A DNA stretch of 64,000 bases from Thecamonas trahens ATCC 50062 (lineage: Eukaryota; Protista; Apusomonadida): positions 248,001-312,000 of the forward strand of contig NW_013657661.1 of the NCBI RefSeq assembly GCF_000142905.1, in the 5' to 3' direction. Both the position numbers and the translations under genes were made by a program. Shown here one piece after another: positions 1 through 11,400 of this stretch (its first letter is position 1; each line of letters opens with the position of its first letter). A model generated the notes under the pieces. That model had not been told where the DNA came from and searched no databases. It saw only the letters and a program-made list of their open reading frames with translations.

Positions 1-3000
1 GATGCGATCTGCAGCGGCGTCGCGCCGTCCTTGGCGGCGGCGACGTTGACCTTGATGCCCTCGTACGAGAGCAGCTCCTGCACAACGTCGCGTCGATTCT
101 CGTATGACGCCGCGTGGAGCGGGGTGACACCCTGCTCGGCGGCGGCGTTGACGTGGACGCCAGGGACCGAGAGCAGGGCCCGGACTGAGAGCAGCCGGCC
201 CTTGTCGGCCGCCATGTGCAGCGGAAGGTACCCGTGACGGTCGGCAATGTTGACGTTGACCCGCGAGTCGTGGACGAGCAGCTCGCACACCTTGTGCTTG
301 CCGTGCATGGCAGCCACCAGCAGCGGTGTCCGCGACTCTTTGTCCATGGCGTTGACGTCGAGCGCCGGCGCGAGGAGGAGGACGCGCACGACCTCGGCGT
401 TGCCTCGGTAGGCCGCGGCGTGCAGCGGGGTGAGGCCCATCTCGGCCGGCGCGTTGATGTTGCATTCAGGGTTGTCCAGCAGCGTCATGACCACGTCGAG
501 GTTGTTCTTGTCCACTGCAATGTGGCACGGCGTGTACTTGTGCGAGTCCGGCAGGTTGACGTCGATGTTGCGCCCGCGCGCGAGCAGGTCGGCCACCACC
601 GCCTCATGGTTGTGCATTGCCGCTGTGTAGAGGGCGGTGCACATGTGACGGTTGAGGATGTTGACGTCGAGGTCGTGGCGGTCGAGGAGGGCGGCCACAA
701 CGCCGGCGTGGCCCTTGGCTGCCGCGTAGTGCAGCGCAGTGAGGCCGTCCTTGGCGTTTTTGGCGTTGACGTCGAGAGCCGGAATGGCCACCAGTTCGCG
801 AACGACCCCGGTGTGGCCGTACTCGGCGGCAGACTGCAGGATGGAGAACTCGTCGGCGGCCACGTCATTGACCGCCTCCGGCTCGCACACTTCTAGCAGC
901 AGTCGCACAATCTCGGAAGAGCCCTTGTCGGCTGCCACGCGCAGCGGCGTCTTGCCGTTGATGCTCTCCACCGGCGACACGTTGATGCCTGGCATGGAGA
1001 GCAGCTTGCGCACCGTTTTGACGTCTGACCGCTGCGCCGCAAAGTACAGCAGTGTGATTCCGTCCTGGTCCGAGCAGTTGACGTCGACGCCGTCGGCAGA
1101 GAGAATGACGTCGAGTACCTCGGCTGACGACGCCATCAGCAGCGGCGTGCAGTTCATGTGCCCGACTGCGTTGAGGTCCACCCGCGGGTGCGAGACCAGC
1201 GACGCCACCACGTCGACGTATCCAAGTGCGGCCGCTACATGCAGCGGCGTGTTCATGTCGCCCGTCAGGTTGACGTCGATATCCGGGGCCGTGAGAAGAA
1301 CGTCGACCGCCGCCACGTGGTTACGCTCCGCTGCCATGTACAGCGGCGAGCAGCCCATCTTCGAGATCGAGTTGACGTCTATGACTGGACCCGAGAGCGG
1401 CGACGAGAGCAGGAGCTCGATAACCTCGGCCTGGCCCCACCCAGCGGCAAAGTGCAGCGCAGACGCCCCGTCGTAGTTGCGCGCGTTGACGTCCAGATCC
1501 TCGAGGTGGAGGAGGAACTCGACCAGCGTCACGTCACCGCGCCATGCCGCCTCCATAAACAGCGACAGATTGCCCTTGTCGGTCACCACGTTGACGTCGA
1601 CGCACGACGAGAGCAGCGCCGCGCGCTGCTCAGGCCGTCCGCACTCGGCCCGCGCAAGGTGCTGCGCCACGAGCGAGAACCGCTCGTATGTCGAGTACCG
1701 GCGCACAAAGGCCTCGGTTGCGCCCGAGACCGTAAACTTTTGGCGCGCCTCGGGCCGGATCGTCGCCACAAAGGCATCCAACTGCGCCTGGAGCGCGTCG
1801 GCGCCCGAGATCCGCGACGTCTCGGTGAGGAACGATGCCGTGATCCACACCACGGCTAGCACCGCGTGTGCGAGTCCTTTGCCGTCAGCCAAAAGCTCAT
1901 CCTGCCCATCGAGCCACTCTAGCAGCGCCGCGTGCGCCACAGACATCCGCACCTGCGCCGTCGGATACCGCAGGTACGGGTCGCGGAACGAATACGGGAC
2001 CAGAAAGTTGTCCTCCATGTATGTCAGTGCGTCATCCGGGCCTTCACCGCCGTCGCCGGCCCCAGCGTTGCTCGCGCTGCCGGTGGGCAGCTTGGCGCTC
2101 GCGCCGCCCTCGACCTTGCTTGGGGTCTCGTACTCGTACTCGTACTCGTACTCGTCCGAGTCGGCAATCTCAGTGACGCCGTGGTCGAGGTCGAGCTTGT
2201 CGAGCGCCTCCTCGGCGCTGCGCCTGACCCGCTTGCGGCAGCGTACCCGCGAACGCTTCGGCTGGCCGCTCTCACCCGCCGCTCGCGCCGGCTTGCTCTC
2301 GCCGCCCTCGCTCTCGGCCAGGTCTAGCAGCGGGTCCAGCTGCGTCTCCAGCAGCGGCATCAGCTGGCCCTCGAGCAGCGCAAGGCTCTGCGTCCGCGAG
2401 GCAAACATGATCTGAGGGTACGTCAGGTCCATGGCGTCGAGCAGGAGCGTCGGCGAGAGAAGCTGGACAGAGGTGAGGACCATGGCGAGGGCAAGGACCG
2501 CTGGCTGGCGCGTCTCCAGCAGCGCGTCGTAGAGCGGCGCCGAAGGCGGGAGCGAGAGGCACAGTGCCTTCTCGTACACCAGCCACTGGTAAAAGTCGAG
2601 CTCAGGCTCGTCGACCAGCCGCCGCAGGCCGTCCATGTCGGTCACCGGGTCGCACCAGTAGTAGAGCGTGTGGAGTTGGAAGAGTGAGAGCCGGTGTGGT
2701 CCCGTCCGGACCGTGAGCAGCGAGTGGAAGAGCTCACGCATGGCGGGATCCTTGAGCAGCGCGCTCGGCTGCGCCGCGCCCGGATGCGCCGGCCCACTTG
2801 CCGCCAGCCCGCCTGTGAGCGGCCCCCCCGAGCCCTCCAGCGCAGCCTCGTACTGGACGAGCGCTTCGAGAACGTCGACTGGGTCGAGATCGAGGTTGAC
2901 CGTCCCACACAGCCCGCCAAACCGTGATGGTAGCGCCGCTGGCGCAAAGCACGGCTGCGGGAGAACTGCAGCCGGAGCTCCGCTTGCATCGCCGGCTGTC

Positions 3001-6000
3001 GAGATGACCAACCGGAACTGCGGCGGGAAGGCTTCCTCGGGCGTCGCCGCAAGGATCGAGTGGATGGTATGGAGGCCACAGGTTGGCGCCTTGTCTGGGA
3101 GCGCGAGCGACTCGTCGAGCCCGTCCAGGACCAGTACAACCATGGTCGAGAGCCGATCGTCGGCGAGCGTTGCGTTGTGCTTGGAGACCGCCGCGAGCTC
3201 GGTAAAGTACGCCGATAGCGGGGCGAGGACCGCCTTTTCGAACACCTTGACCGGGTTTCGGGCCACGTTGCCTGGGGAGAGGAGCTTGCGGACCCGGTGG
3301 AGCGCGTCGCGCAGGTGCGGGATGGCACGCACAAGCTGTGCCGAGATGCCGTGGATAAAGTAGTACGGCTCGAGCGAGTCGAGATCGCGCACGTCGCAGA
3401 ACCAGTGCAGCACCGTCGTCGACGGCGCGAGGTACCGGTACGCGTCGAGCACAAACCGCGAAAGGAACGACGTCTTGCCGCAACCCGGCGAGCCAACCAC
3501 ATACAGCGCAGCAGGCACTGCCGGGCCGGCGTACAGTTCGTCGACCAGAGGCGTGTCGCCTTCTTCCTCGGCCTTGGTCTCATCGCTCCCACTGGCCTCG
3601 CTCTTGGCCTCGGCCTCGCTTCCGCCGGCTGGCTGTTGGGCCTTGGCCATCATGCAGAACAGCTGAGTTAGGTCGTCGGCCCGCTCAGTGTCGTAGGTAA
3701 AGAGTGCGACCGAGCGTGAGTCCGGAATGTCGGCCTCGTCAAAGGTGGGCGAGCCGGCGGAGAGCCGCGAGACCGCGGTCTCGTCGACCACACCCTTGGC
3801 CGTCGACTGCGGCGCACTGCCGCTGCTCCCGCTCGCGCTTCCACTCCGCGGCTCACCGCGCTCATCGGCGCGCATCGAGTTCCAGTTGATGATGACCAGG
3901 TCAGAGGGAGCCGTGTTGGTGGCGGCCCAGGCCTCAATCTCGGCAGCGCGAGTGTTGAGCGAGGCGACGGCGTCGGGCGCGTCGCCGGCGGCGGTCGACG
4001 GCGGGACCCCGATGTGAACCACCAGGCCGCCGTTCTGCTGGTTGGACGCAGCGTTGAGCGTCCGCGTTGTGGTCGACGTCGTGATGTTGCGATGGCGCGA
4101 GACACGGGCATCGCCTGACGGCTCCAGCCGGCCCAGACCCTCCGACTCGGCAGCCTCGGACTCGGCGGCGGACGCCAGCGGCGCCCGCGGCGGAATGTAG
4201 ATGAGCTTGGCCAGGTCCACGTCAGCAACAGGGCCAGCACAGTCTCGTGCCGTCACCAGCAGCTCTGACCGCTGCTTATCGGTGAGGGCGAGGGCGACAA
4301 TCGAAGTATACATCGACGGGTCAGGCACGTACACGGCCTTCTCCTGCATGTACTCGTCAAAGTCGGCCTCGCACAAGTGCTGCAAGACCCGGACCGACAT
4401 GTCATTCTCGTCAAAGGCTTCCAGCGACTCGGGGTCGAGCGCCGACGCCAGCAACCGGGTGTTGACCGACGCGTCGTCGTCCATGTCGACGTCGGTGGGC
4501 CCGGCCTCGATGTCCAGCCGGGTCACACTATGCCGTTTGTATGCAGCCAGCGTCGGAATGCAGTGGTACGACGCCGCGTCGGTCGCAGACGCCAGGTCGC
4601 CAGCCGCCGCCACGGGCGCCTGCGTCACCACCGACGCCTTGATCTTGGACGACCGGATGGCGAGCGGCCGCATCGGGTTCATCGGGCCGGCCCCTGCTCG
4701 GCCACTGCCGTCGCCGGCGACGCTACCACCTTCGTCACTTCCAGCAGTGACCATCACCCGCTCGCTCGGGCCCAGGGCGGCCTGCGCGTTCATCAGCGAG
4801 TCGACGTCGGATCGGGCAGCAGTCGGCTGAGGGCCCCCCCTTGGGGCGGTGAGCCGGGCAAGTACCTTCAGATCATCGTGGTTGAGGTTCTCGGGATTTC
4901 GGATCATGGTGGCCAAGTCCTTCTCGCCGCCCTGGTACACCACCGACTTGGGGTGCGGACCGAGCGCCGACGCCGGCAGCAGTGTCGGCGCCGGCGGCAG
5001 CGGCTCGGCATCTGACGACGTTGGCGTGTCGTCGGCAAGAGCCGGAGCGTCATCACCTTGGGCGTCGGCGTTGAGCTGCGTCGGCTGTGCGGGCTGTGCG
5101 GCCGTCTTGCTGGCACCGTCATCCCAGAACCGCTCGAGGGCGACCATCATCTTGGGTCGCGGGAGCGCATGGTCCTTGAGCGACTTGTACGAGGCGATGA
5201 TGGCGGCGTTGGCGTGGAGATGCGCTTCGACGTATGTGGCGTCGTACAGGACAAGGTTCTCCAGAAAGGTCTTAAAGTAGACGAAACCGTCCTTGGGCCG
5301 AAAGTCTGGCGAGTCGATGCCGACCGAGGCGTGGACGCCTGTTGAGCAGAGCAGCGCAATCCGCTTTGACTCGGGCGTGTTGAACAGGCAGCACCGGATG
5401 TTGTTGTTGCGGAAGAGCGAGCGGAGAATGACCTTCTCGGCGTTGGGTTGTTGACCAGGTACGACGAGACCGGAATGCCGTCCATGTCGCCAAAGGCCGA
5501 GATGTGGAAGATGTGCGGCTGGTACGCATCAACATACCGCGAGATGTCGTCGAGGCTCTGAAGCTCCTTGGCCACCAGCACAAAGGTGACGTCCGCCGGC
5601 GGTGTGGTGTTGAGCGCGGCCTTGCCAGGCTCGGCCGCCTCCTTGGTCTCAGGCAGCTGCAGCTCGTCGGCGCCGTCGGGCAGCAAGCCGTCGGCATGAT
5701 GCACGGCAGCCATAGCCGTCTTCAGCTGCTCGACCGTCTCTGGCGGGCCAGCAGCGCCGGCAGCGGGCGCGGCGACCCGAGCGAGGGTAACCCCGTCGGC
5801 CGAGTGGATAATCACGTCGGGCTCGTGGACGTGGCGGACGAGGAGGGCATGGGCAAAGCGGGAGACAATATGGTTGACCCACTCTGCCGAGTTTGGGTAC
5901 TGCGTCGACGCGTCAACACCCGGGCGAGCCTCCACAGTGGTAGCAAACTGTGAGCGGGCATACAGCCAGAGTACGACCACTCTGTTGTCGTCGCCGAAGA

Positions 6001-6085
6001 AGTATTCAAGCCCCGGGTTGTCCGACGGCTCGTTGGGGTCCACGTCGTCCCACTTGGAGTCGACAATGTCCGAGATGGACGCCAT
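1..6085 (-). CDS. NLR/TANC-like protein: degenerate CHAT (caspase-like) domain + P-loop NACHT-like NTPase + many ankyrin repeats (3' end runs off window; one apparent frameshift at ~5445)
   Basis: ATG at 6085 (MASISDIVDSKW). After adding 1 nt at 5445-5447, the frame is the same at every point I translated down to base 1. Walker A LYVVGSPGCGKTS (~3471-3500), VLHWFC, Walker B VVLVLDGLDES (~3110-3140). Ankyrin repeats (e.g. GIKVNVAAAKDGATPLQIAS) over ~1-1600. Confidence 0.85.
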
Positions 6086-6515
6086 TCCGCCTGCTCGTGT
6101 ACCCTTGCCTGCAAGCTCTGTCTCGTTGGGAGGGGGGCGGGGGGGGGGGTGAAGGGGAGGGGAGGGAGAGGTGTATCCCAGCAGCTGAGAGTTGAGCGCA
6201 GAGCGGTGAGAGTCACAGCAAAGTCGAGTAGCAGACCACAGCAGACGGTAGCAGCATCCGTTGCCTGCTCGATCGCCCGGCCACCAGCCGGCAGTCGGCA
6301 GCATTGAGTCGATGCTACAAAACCATGCTCCGGCTTGACGGCACTCGCGATCGCTTTGGCATGGCTCCTTGCTGCTGCCTCTGCAACTCCTTGCCTCTGC
6401 ACCTCCCGCAGTCTGGCTATACCCCACTTCCTTCCCCGCCCACACCACCACCACTCTCACAACTACAGCCACTGCCTACCACCCTCCCCCTTCCCACACC
6501 TCGGGACAGAGCGCC

Positions 6516-7832
6516 ATGAACGAGTCGGGCGAGTCCGCCTTTGAGGGCCTCTCGCTGGATTCCGTCGACCTCGACTTGGGTCTGGGCATGGGCATGGACA
6601 TGGGCGTGGTTATGGGCATGAATGACGACGGCGGACATGGCGATCTGCCGACGGGAGAGGGAGGGTCACTGCTGTCGGACCTGGACCTCCCCACCATGGG
6701 CATGGGCATTGAGCCGGCAGCATCGCCGGCGCCGCCCACGGGCCTTACCCACCTCGACCTGAGCATGCTCGGCTCGCACGACTCGCCGCCGCGCTCGCTG
6801 CATCCGGCACTGGTGGCGGCAACGCCTGCAGGCTCCATTCCGTCGACGCCGCTACGGATGGCGCCGTCGGGTCCGACGACCCCGCGCTCGGCACGCGGCG
6901 GCCATCCGCACATGGTGGGCACGCCGCGGACGCCGTCGTTTCCGCCGACCACCTTTGACGGTGGCCTGCTTCCGGGCTCGGGCCTGCACGTGGCCGAGGC
7001 TGCCGCCGAGCGGCTGAACCTCGAGCTTAATCATGCGTCGATGGCGCGGTACTCGGTCAACGGGCTGGAGGGCATGGTTCCGCCATCGCCGTTTGCGTCA
7101 CCGTCGATGCGACGCGCGTCGACCACCGATCCGCGCCAGTCACTCGCCTATGTTGCCGGCACCTCGGGTCTCTCGTCGATGGCCCAGTCGGACTCGAATG
7201 GTCTGGGCGCCTCGCCGTCGCACCACCTCTCGCGCGTTGCCGAGTACCCGGATACTGTCAGAGCCGGGCTGGCGGCGTCGAGCTCGCTCCCCGACGAGCT
7301 CTCGTCCGGTGCCACCTCGAGCATCCTCGACATGATGCTCTCGGATGCCATCGAGAGCGAGCCTGTGCCCGAGGCCCCGCCGCAGCTCAAGTACGTCCGC
7401 AGACGAACCGGCAAGTCGTCCATCCCGCGCCTCGCCGGCTCGAGCGGCGGCAAGCTCAAGCTCGCCTCGTCGTCCAAGGCTGGTTCCAAGCGCAAGCGCT
7501 CTACATCACACTCCGCCGCTGCCGCTGCCCTCTCCACCACTCCCCTCTTCCCGATCCCAGAGCCGCCGCGCAAGAAGCCGATGCCGGCAAAGTCGGCCGC
7601 CGCCCCGCAGATGACCCGCGCCGCTGCCCTCGCCTCGCATTCAGAGACCTTTGTCCCACCGAAGGCCTCCCACTCACGGGTCTATGAAGTCGAAGTACTC
7701 GGCACCAAGCTCGTCAACGGCGTCTGCTTCCACCTCGTCCACTACGTCGGATTTCCCTCCACATACGATACCTGGCAGGCCTCGTCATCGCTTCAGGTCC
7801 TCGAGATGCAGCTCGCCTCGGCCGCCTCCTAA
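6516..7832 (+). CDS. Low-complexity protein with C-terminal chromo/Tudor-knot (chromo-barrel) domain
   Basis: ATG 6516 (MNESGES). C-terminal YEVEVLGTKLVNGVCFHLVHYVGFPSTYDTW matches the chromo/Tudor-knot pattern. Basic NLS-like SKRKR. Confidence 0.7.
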   Translation: MNESGESAFEGLSLDSVDLDLGLGMGMDMGVVMGMNDDGGHGDLPTGEGGSLLSDLDLPTMGMGIEPAASPAPPTGLTHLDLSMLGSHDSPPRSLHPALVAATPAGSIPSTPLRMAPSGPTTPRSARGGHPHMVGTPRTPSFPPTTFDGGLLPGSGLHVAEAAAERLNLELNHASMARYSVNGLEGMVPPSPFASPSMRRASTTDPRQSLAYVAGTSGLSSMAQSDSNGLGASPSHHLSRVAEYPDTVRAGLAASSSLPDELSSGATSSILDMMLSDAIESEPVPEAPPQLKYVRRRTGKSSIPRLAGSSGGKLKLASSSKAGSKRKRSTSHSAAAAALSTTPLFPIPEPPRKKPMPAKSAAAPQMTRAAALASHSETFVPPKASHSRVYEVEVLGTKLVNGVCFHLVHYVGFPSTYDTWQASSSLQVLEMQLASAAS

Positions 7833-7918
7833 CGGCAGCATTGAACCCACAATGCGTCGATGCATATAATACTGCGCCTGCCAGCCACAGCAGCAATCCA
7901 ATCCCCCCCCCCCCCCAC

Positions 7919-8149
7919 NNNNNNNNNNNNNNNNNNNNNNNNNNNNNNNNNNNNNNNNNNNNNNNNNNNNNNNNNNNNNNNNNNNNNNNNNNNNNNNNNN
8001 NNNNNNNNNNNNNNNNNNNNNNNNNNNNNNNNNNNNNNNNNNNNNNNNNNNNNNNNNNNNNNNNNNNNNNNNNNNNNNNNNNNNNNNNNNNNNNNNNNNN
8101 NNNNNNNNNNNNNNNNNNNNNNNNNNNNNNNNNNNNNNNNNNNNNNNNN
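7919..8149. other. Assembly gap (N run)
   Basis: N run flanked by poly-C tracts. Confidence 0.99.
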
Positions 8150-8437
8150 CGCCTCGCCACGCCACCACGCAGCAACTCCCCCCCCCCCCCCCCCCCCCCC
8201 CCCCCCTTCCTCCCAGTACGCTGGCTGGCACTGTCATGCCGTGTGGTCTACCGTCAGCGTTTTCAGCAGCCGGCCTTTTTCACTCCTCACCACCTGGCGC
8301 CACCCCCGGCTGCGAGACCCCCCCCGTCCACCTGCCCTTGCCACACGTTTCCGCTCGTCCACACCCTCCCCCCCCTCCCCTCCCCCCTCCCCGCTCATCC
8401 CAACCCTTCTCGCGTCCCATTTTACTTCTCACACATC

Positions 8438-11400
8438 ATGGTCAAGCGGAGACCGCTGCCACCCGCCCCGGAGAATGACGGTGAGGGAGGCGAGCGTGCG
8501 CGTGAAGCAGGGCCCGAGCCAGAACACACGCCGCCCGACGTGCTGACCACGGCAACCAGCCCCGAGACAGCCACCGCTGACACTGACAACCCCGAGCAAA
8601 CTGCCCCTGATGCTGCCAACCCCGAAAGGGCCTTGCCCGGCTTGGAGCTGCCGCAGGTGAGGAGCGCACGGGCATACTCGTCGCTGGCAGAGCGAATGCC
8701 CGAAGAGGAGCAGGCGGCGGTCATTCTCCAGCGGTATGGCCGAATGTGGGCGGCCAAGGCGCGGACGCGAAGTTTGCGCAAGCGGACCCCATTGCGCGCG
8801 AGATTCTGGAAACCGAGCGCGGCTACGTCGAGTCGATGCACATTCTCATCGAAGTCTATCTGCAGCCGCTGCGGTTTTCGTGCGAGACGTCGCCATCGCC
8901 AGTGCTCTCGCGGTCGCAGATTGCCACGGTCTTCTCCAACATCGAGCTCATTACTAACGTCAACGCCGAGCTGGCCGAGGCGCTCGAGGCGCGGCTTCGC
9001 AACTGGTGCTCGGCGTACACCTGCATCGGCGACGTAATCCTCCGCATTGCCCCGTTCCTCCGCATGTACACTGCGTATGCCGAAAACTACGACCGGGCCG
9101 TAGTGACCGTCTCGGCCGCCGCCAAGGAGTCGTCCAAGTTTCTCCGCCTCTTGCAGACGGCGCAGGCCCACCCAGACTCGCGGTCGCTCACGCTCACGGC
9201 GCTTCTGTTGATGCCGATCCAGCGTATTCCGCGGTACATCCTTCTCCTCACCGACCTCATCAAGTACACCCCACGGTCGCATCCAGACTACTCGGACCTC
9301 TGCGACGCACTGGACCTCATCTCGGCCATCGCCGACCGGGTCGACAACTCGATTGTCATTGCAGAGCAACTCTCTAAGGTGGTCACCATCCAGAACCAGC
9401 TCATCTCCAACCCGCCGCTCCTGGTTGTCCCACCCGCAAGTTTGTCAAGGAGGGCGTGCTCCGCAAGAACAAGGAGAACCGCATGTTTTTCCTCTTCAAT
9501 GACATCCTCGTCTACGCCCAGCGCTCAGGCTCGCTCTTCAAGTACAAGGGTACCATCGACCTCGGCACGTCGTGGATCAATGACATCGACAGCGCGACAG
9601 CAGCCAAACACTCGCTCCGCGCCCCGTTCCAGATCGTCTCGCTCGACAAGACCCGGACCGTCGACGCTGAGTCGCCGGCGGACAAAGCCGCCTGGGTCTC
9701 GGCCATCGAGTCGCAAATCAACGCGCTCACCGCCGCTGACCCTTCGCTTATTGAGCGACGGGCGCCGGCGGCCAAAGCCATTGTCTCGTCCAAGCTCAAG
9801 GCCATGCTGCGGAAAAAGTCGTCATCGAACGCAGCTGCCTCGCCATCGACACCGTCGGCCGAGCAGAGTGGGCCGGCACCACCGGCGTCACCAACCTCGC
9901 CACGGATGCCAGGCGGAAACGGACAGTCCAAATCGCCGCAGCACGCCTCTGCCCGCAAGCTCCTTCGCAAGATCCGCCTCGCCGAGGTCAAGCGGTCCGG
10001 CCCGCTTCACTCGGGTCGGCTCCGCAAGGCCGGCGTCAAGTACAACAAGGCGTATCGGACCCGGACGTTTTTCGTCGCTGAGGGCTTTGTCTTTTACTTC
10101 AAAAGTCGCGGTCGGACGCCTTGCCCGCAGGCATCATCCCCCTTCATGGCTACACCGCTATCCGTTGCTCCATGGTCAAGTCGAACTGGCTGTTTGAGCT
10201 CTTCCAGCTCGGCACGAGAACGTACTCGCTCTCGGCCAAGTCGGAGGCCGAGATGAACACGTGGCTCAAGCTCATTTCGCTAGCGGCCGTCCCGCCGGTC
10301 CGCGGCGTTCCCAGCCCGCCGCCCATCTCACCAACCGGCCTCGAGCTTGTAGTCTCACTGCTCACCTACACCGAGTCGGAGCCGGTGGTCCACCAGGCAG
10401 CCTCTCTCCTCGCCGCGTGGGCCACCGTTCCACTCGCGGATGAGCACAAGGCGACGCTCTCCTCGCTCGAGCTCTTCATCCTGGAGCCGGTCGTCGAGTC
10501 GCTCTACTCGCACCTTCCCGACGTTGTTGTTGCCGCCGCATCTGCCCTCTGCCACATGTCTGCGCTTCCTGCCACCGCCGACCTTCTTGTTGACGCCTCC
10601 AAGTGCAACGCGCTCCTCTACCTCACTGACTTGCTGACGTACTCGGCAGTTCAGGAGGCCGCCGCATGGGCGCTTGTCCACCTCACCTGTCTCGACTTTG
10701 CCAACGCTGCCGATGAGGAGGCGCTGGCGGCGGCTGGCGGGTCGTCGCGGCTCTCTGCTACTGTCGAGCTCCCGTACCGAACCCGGGTGTACACCGGTGC
10801 CGGCGCGGTCCAGCCGCTGCTCATCCTCGCACAGGCGAATCCAATCCCAGGCGTCCGCCTCACGGCGCTTCGTCAGCTGGCCCGCATCGCCGCCAAGCCC
10901 TTCCACCGCAAGGCCTTCCTCGCGCTCGAGCTGCCGGTTGTTGCCTGGCTGGAGGAGTTTATGCGGAGTACCGAGGTGGAGGTTGTCGAGCTTGCGGTTG
11001 TCATTCTCGGCTTTCTCGGCCTCAACGACAAGTTCCGGCCGCGGCTCTTTTACTCGCGGCTGGTAGCATCGCTCGTTGGCTTTCTCTCGCTCTCGTCGAG
11101 CCGGATGGTGGCCAAGGCGCTGTTTGCAGCCAAGTCGATTGCGCTCTCGACAGACGGACTCGCTCTCCTGCTTGATGAGCTGTATGTGGCGCGGCTGCTG
11201 AACCTGGCGACCGCAGCGTCGCCTCTCATTCTTCGCGAGTTGGCGATGATCTCGCTCCGGACCCTGTCGGCTTTCAATGTTGGGAGGGCGGCGGCGTTGG
11301 ATGCTGGCATTCTCCCCGAGCTGGTTTCCATTGTGGCTGCTGGTGAGCACGCTATTGTGCGTGCCCATCACGAGCTCGAGTCATCGCGGATCCGGACCGG

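Noticed and set aside
2128-2155. (TACTCG)n repeat
   Set aside because: It is a coding EYEYEY low-complexity tract inside the NLR-like gene, not an independent element.
31-5345. Many 100-300 aa plus-strand ORFs over the ankyrin/NTPase gene, and similar shadow ORFs across the window
   Set aside because: They are antisense or alternate-frame shadows expected from high GC3 codon bias, with no recognisable domains. The real frame is on the minus strand and runs off the window.
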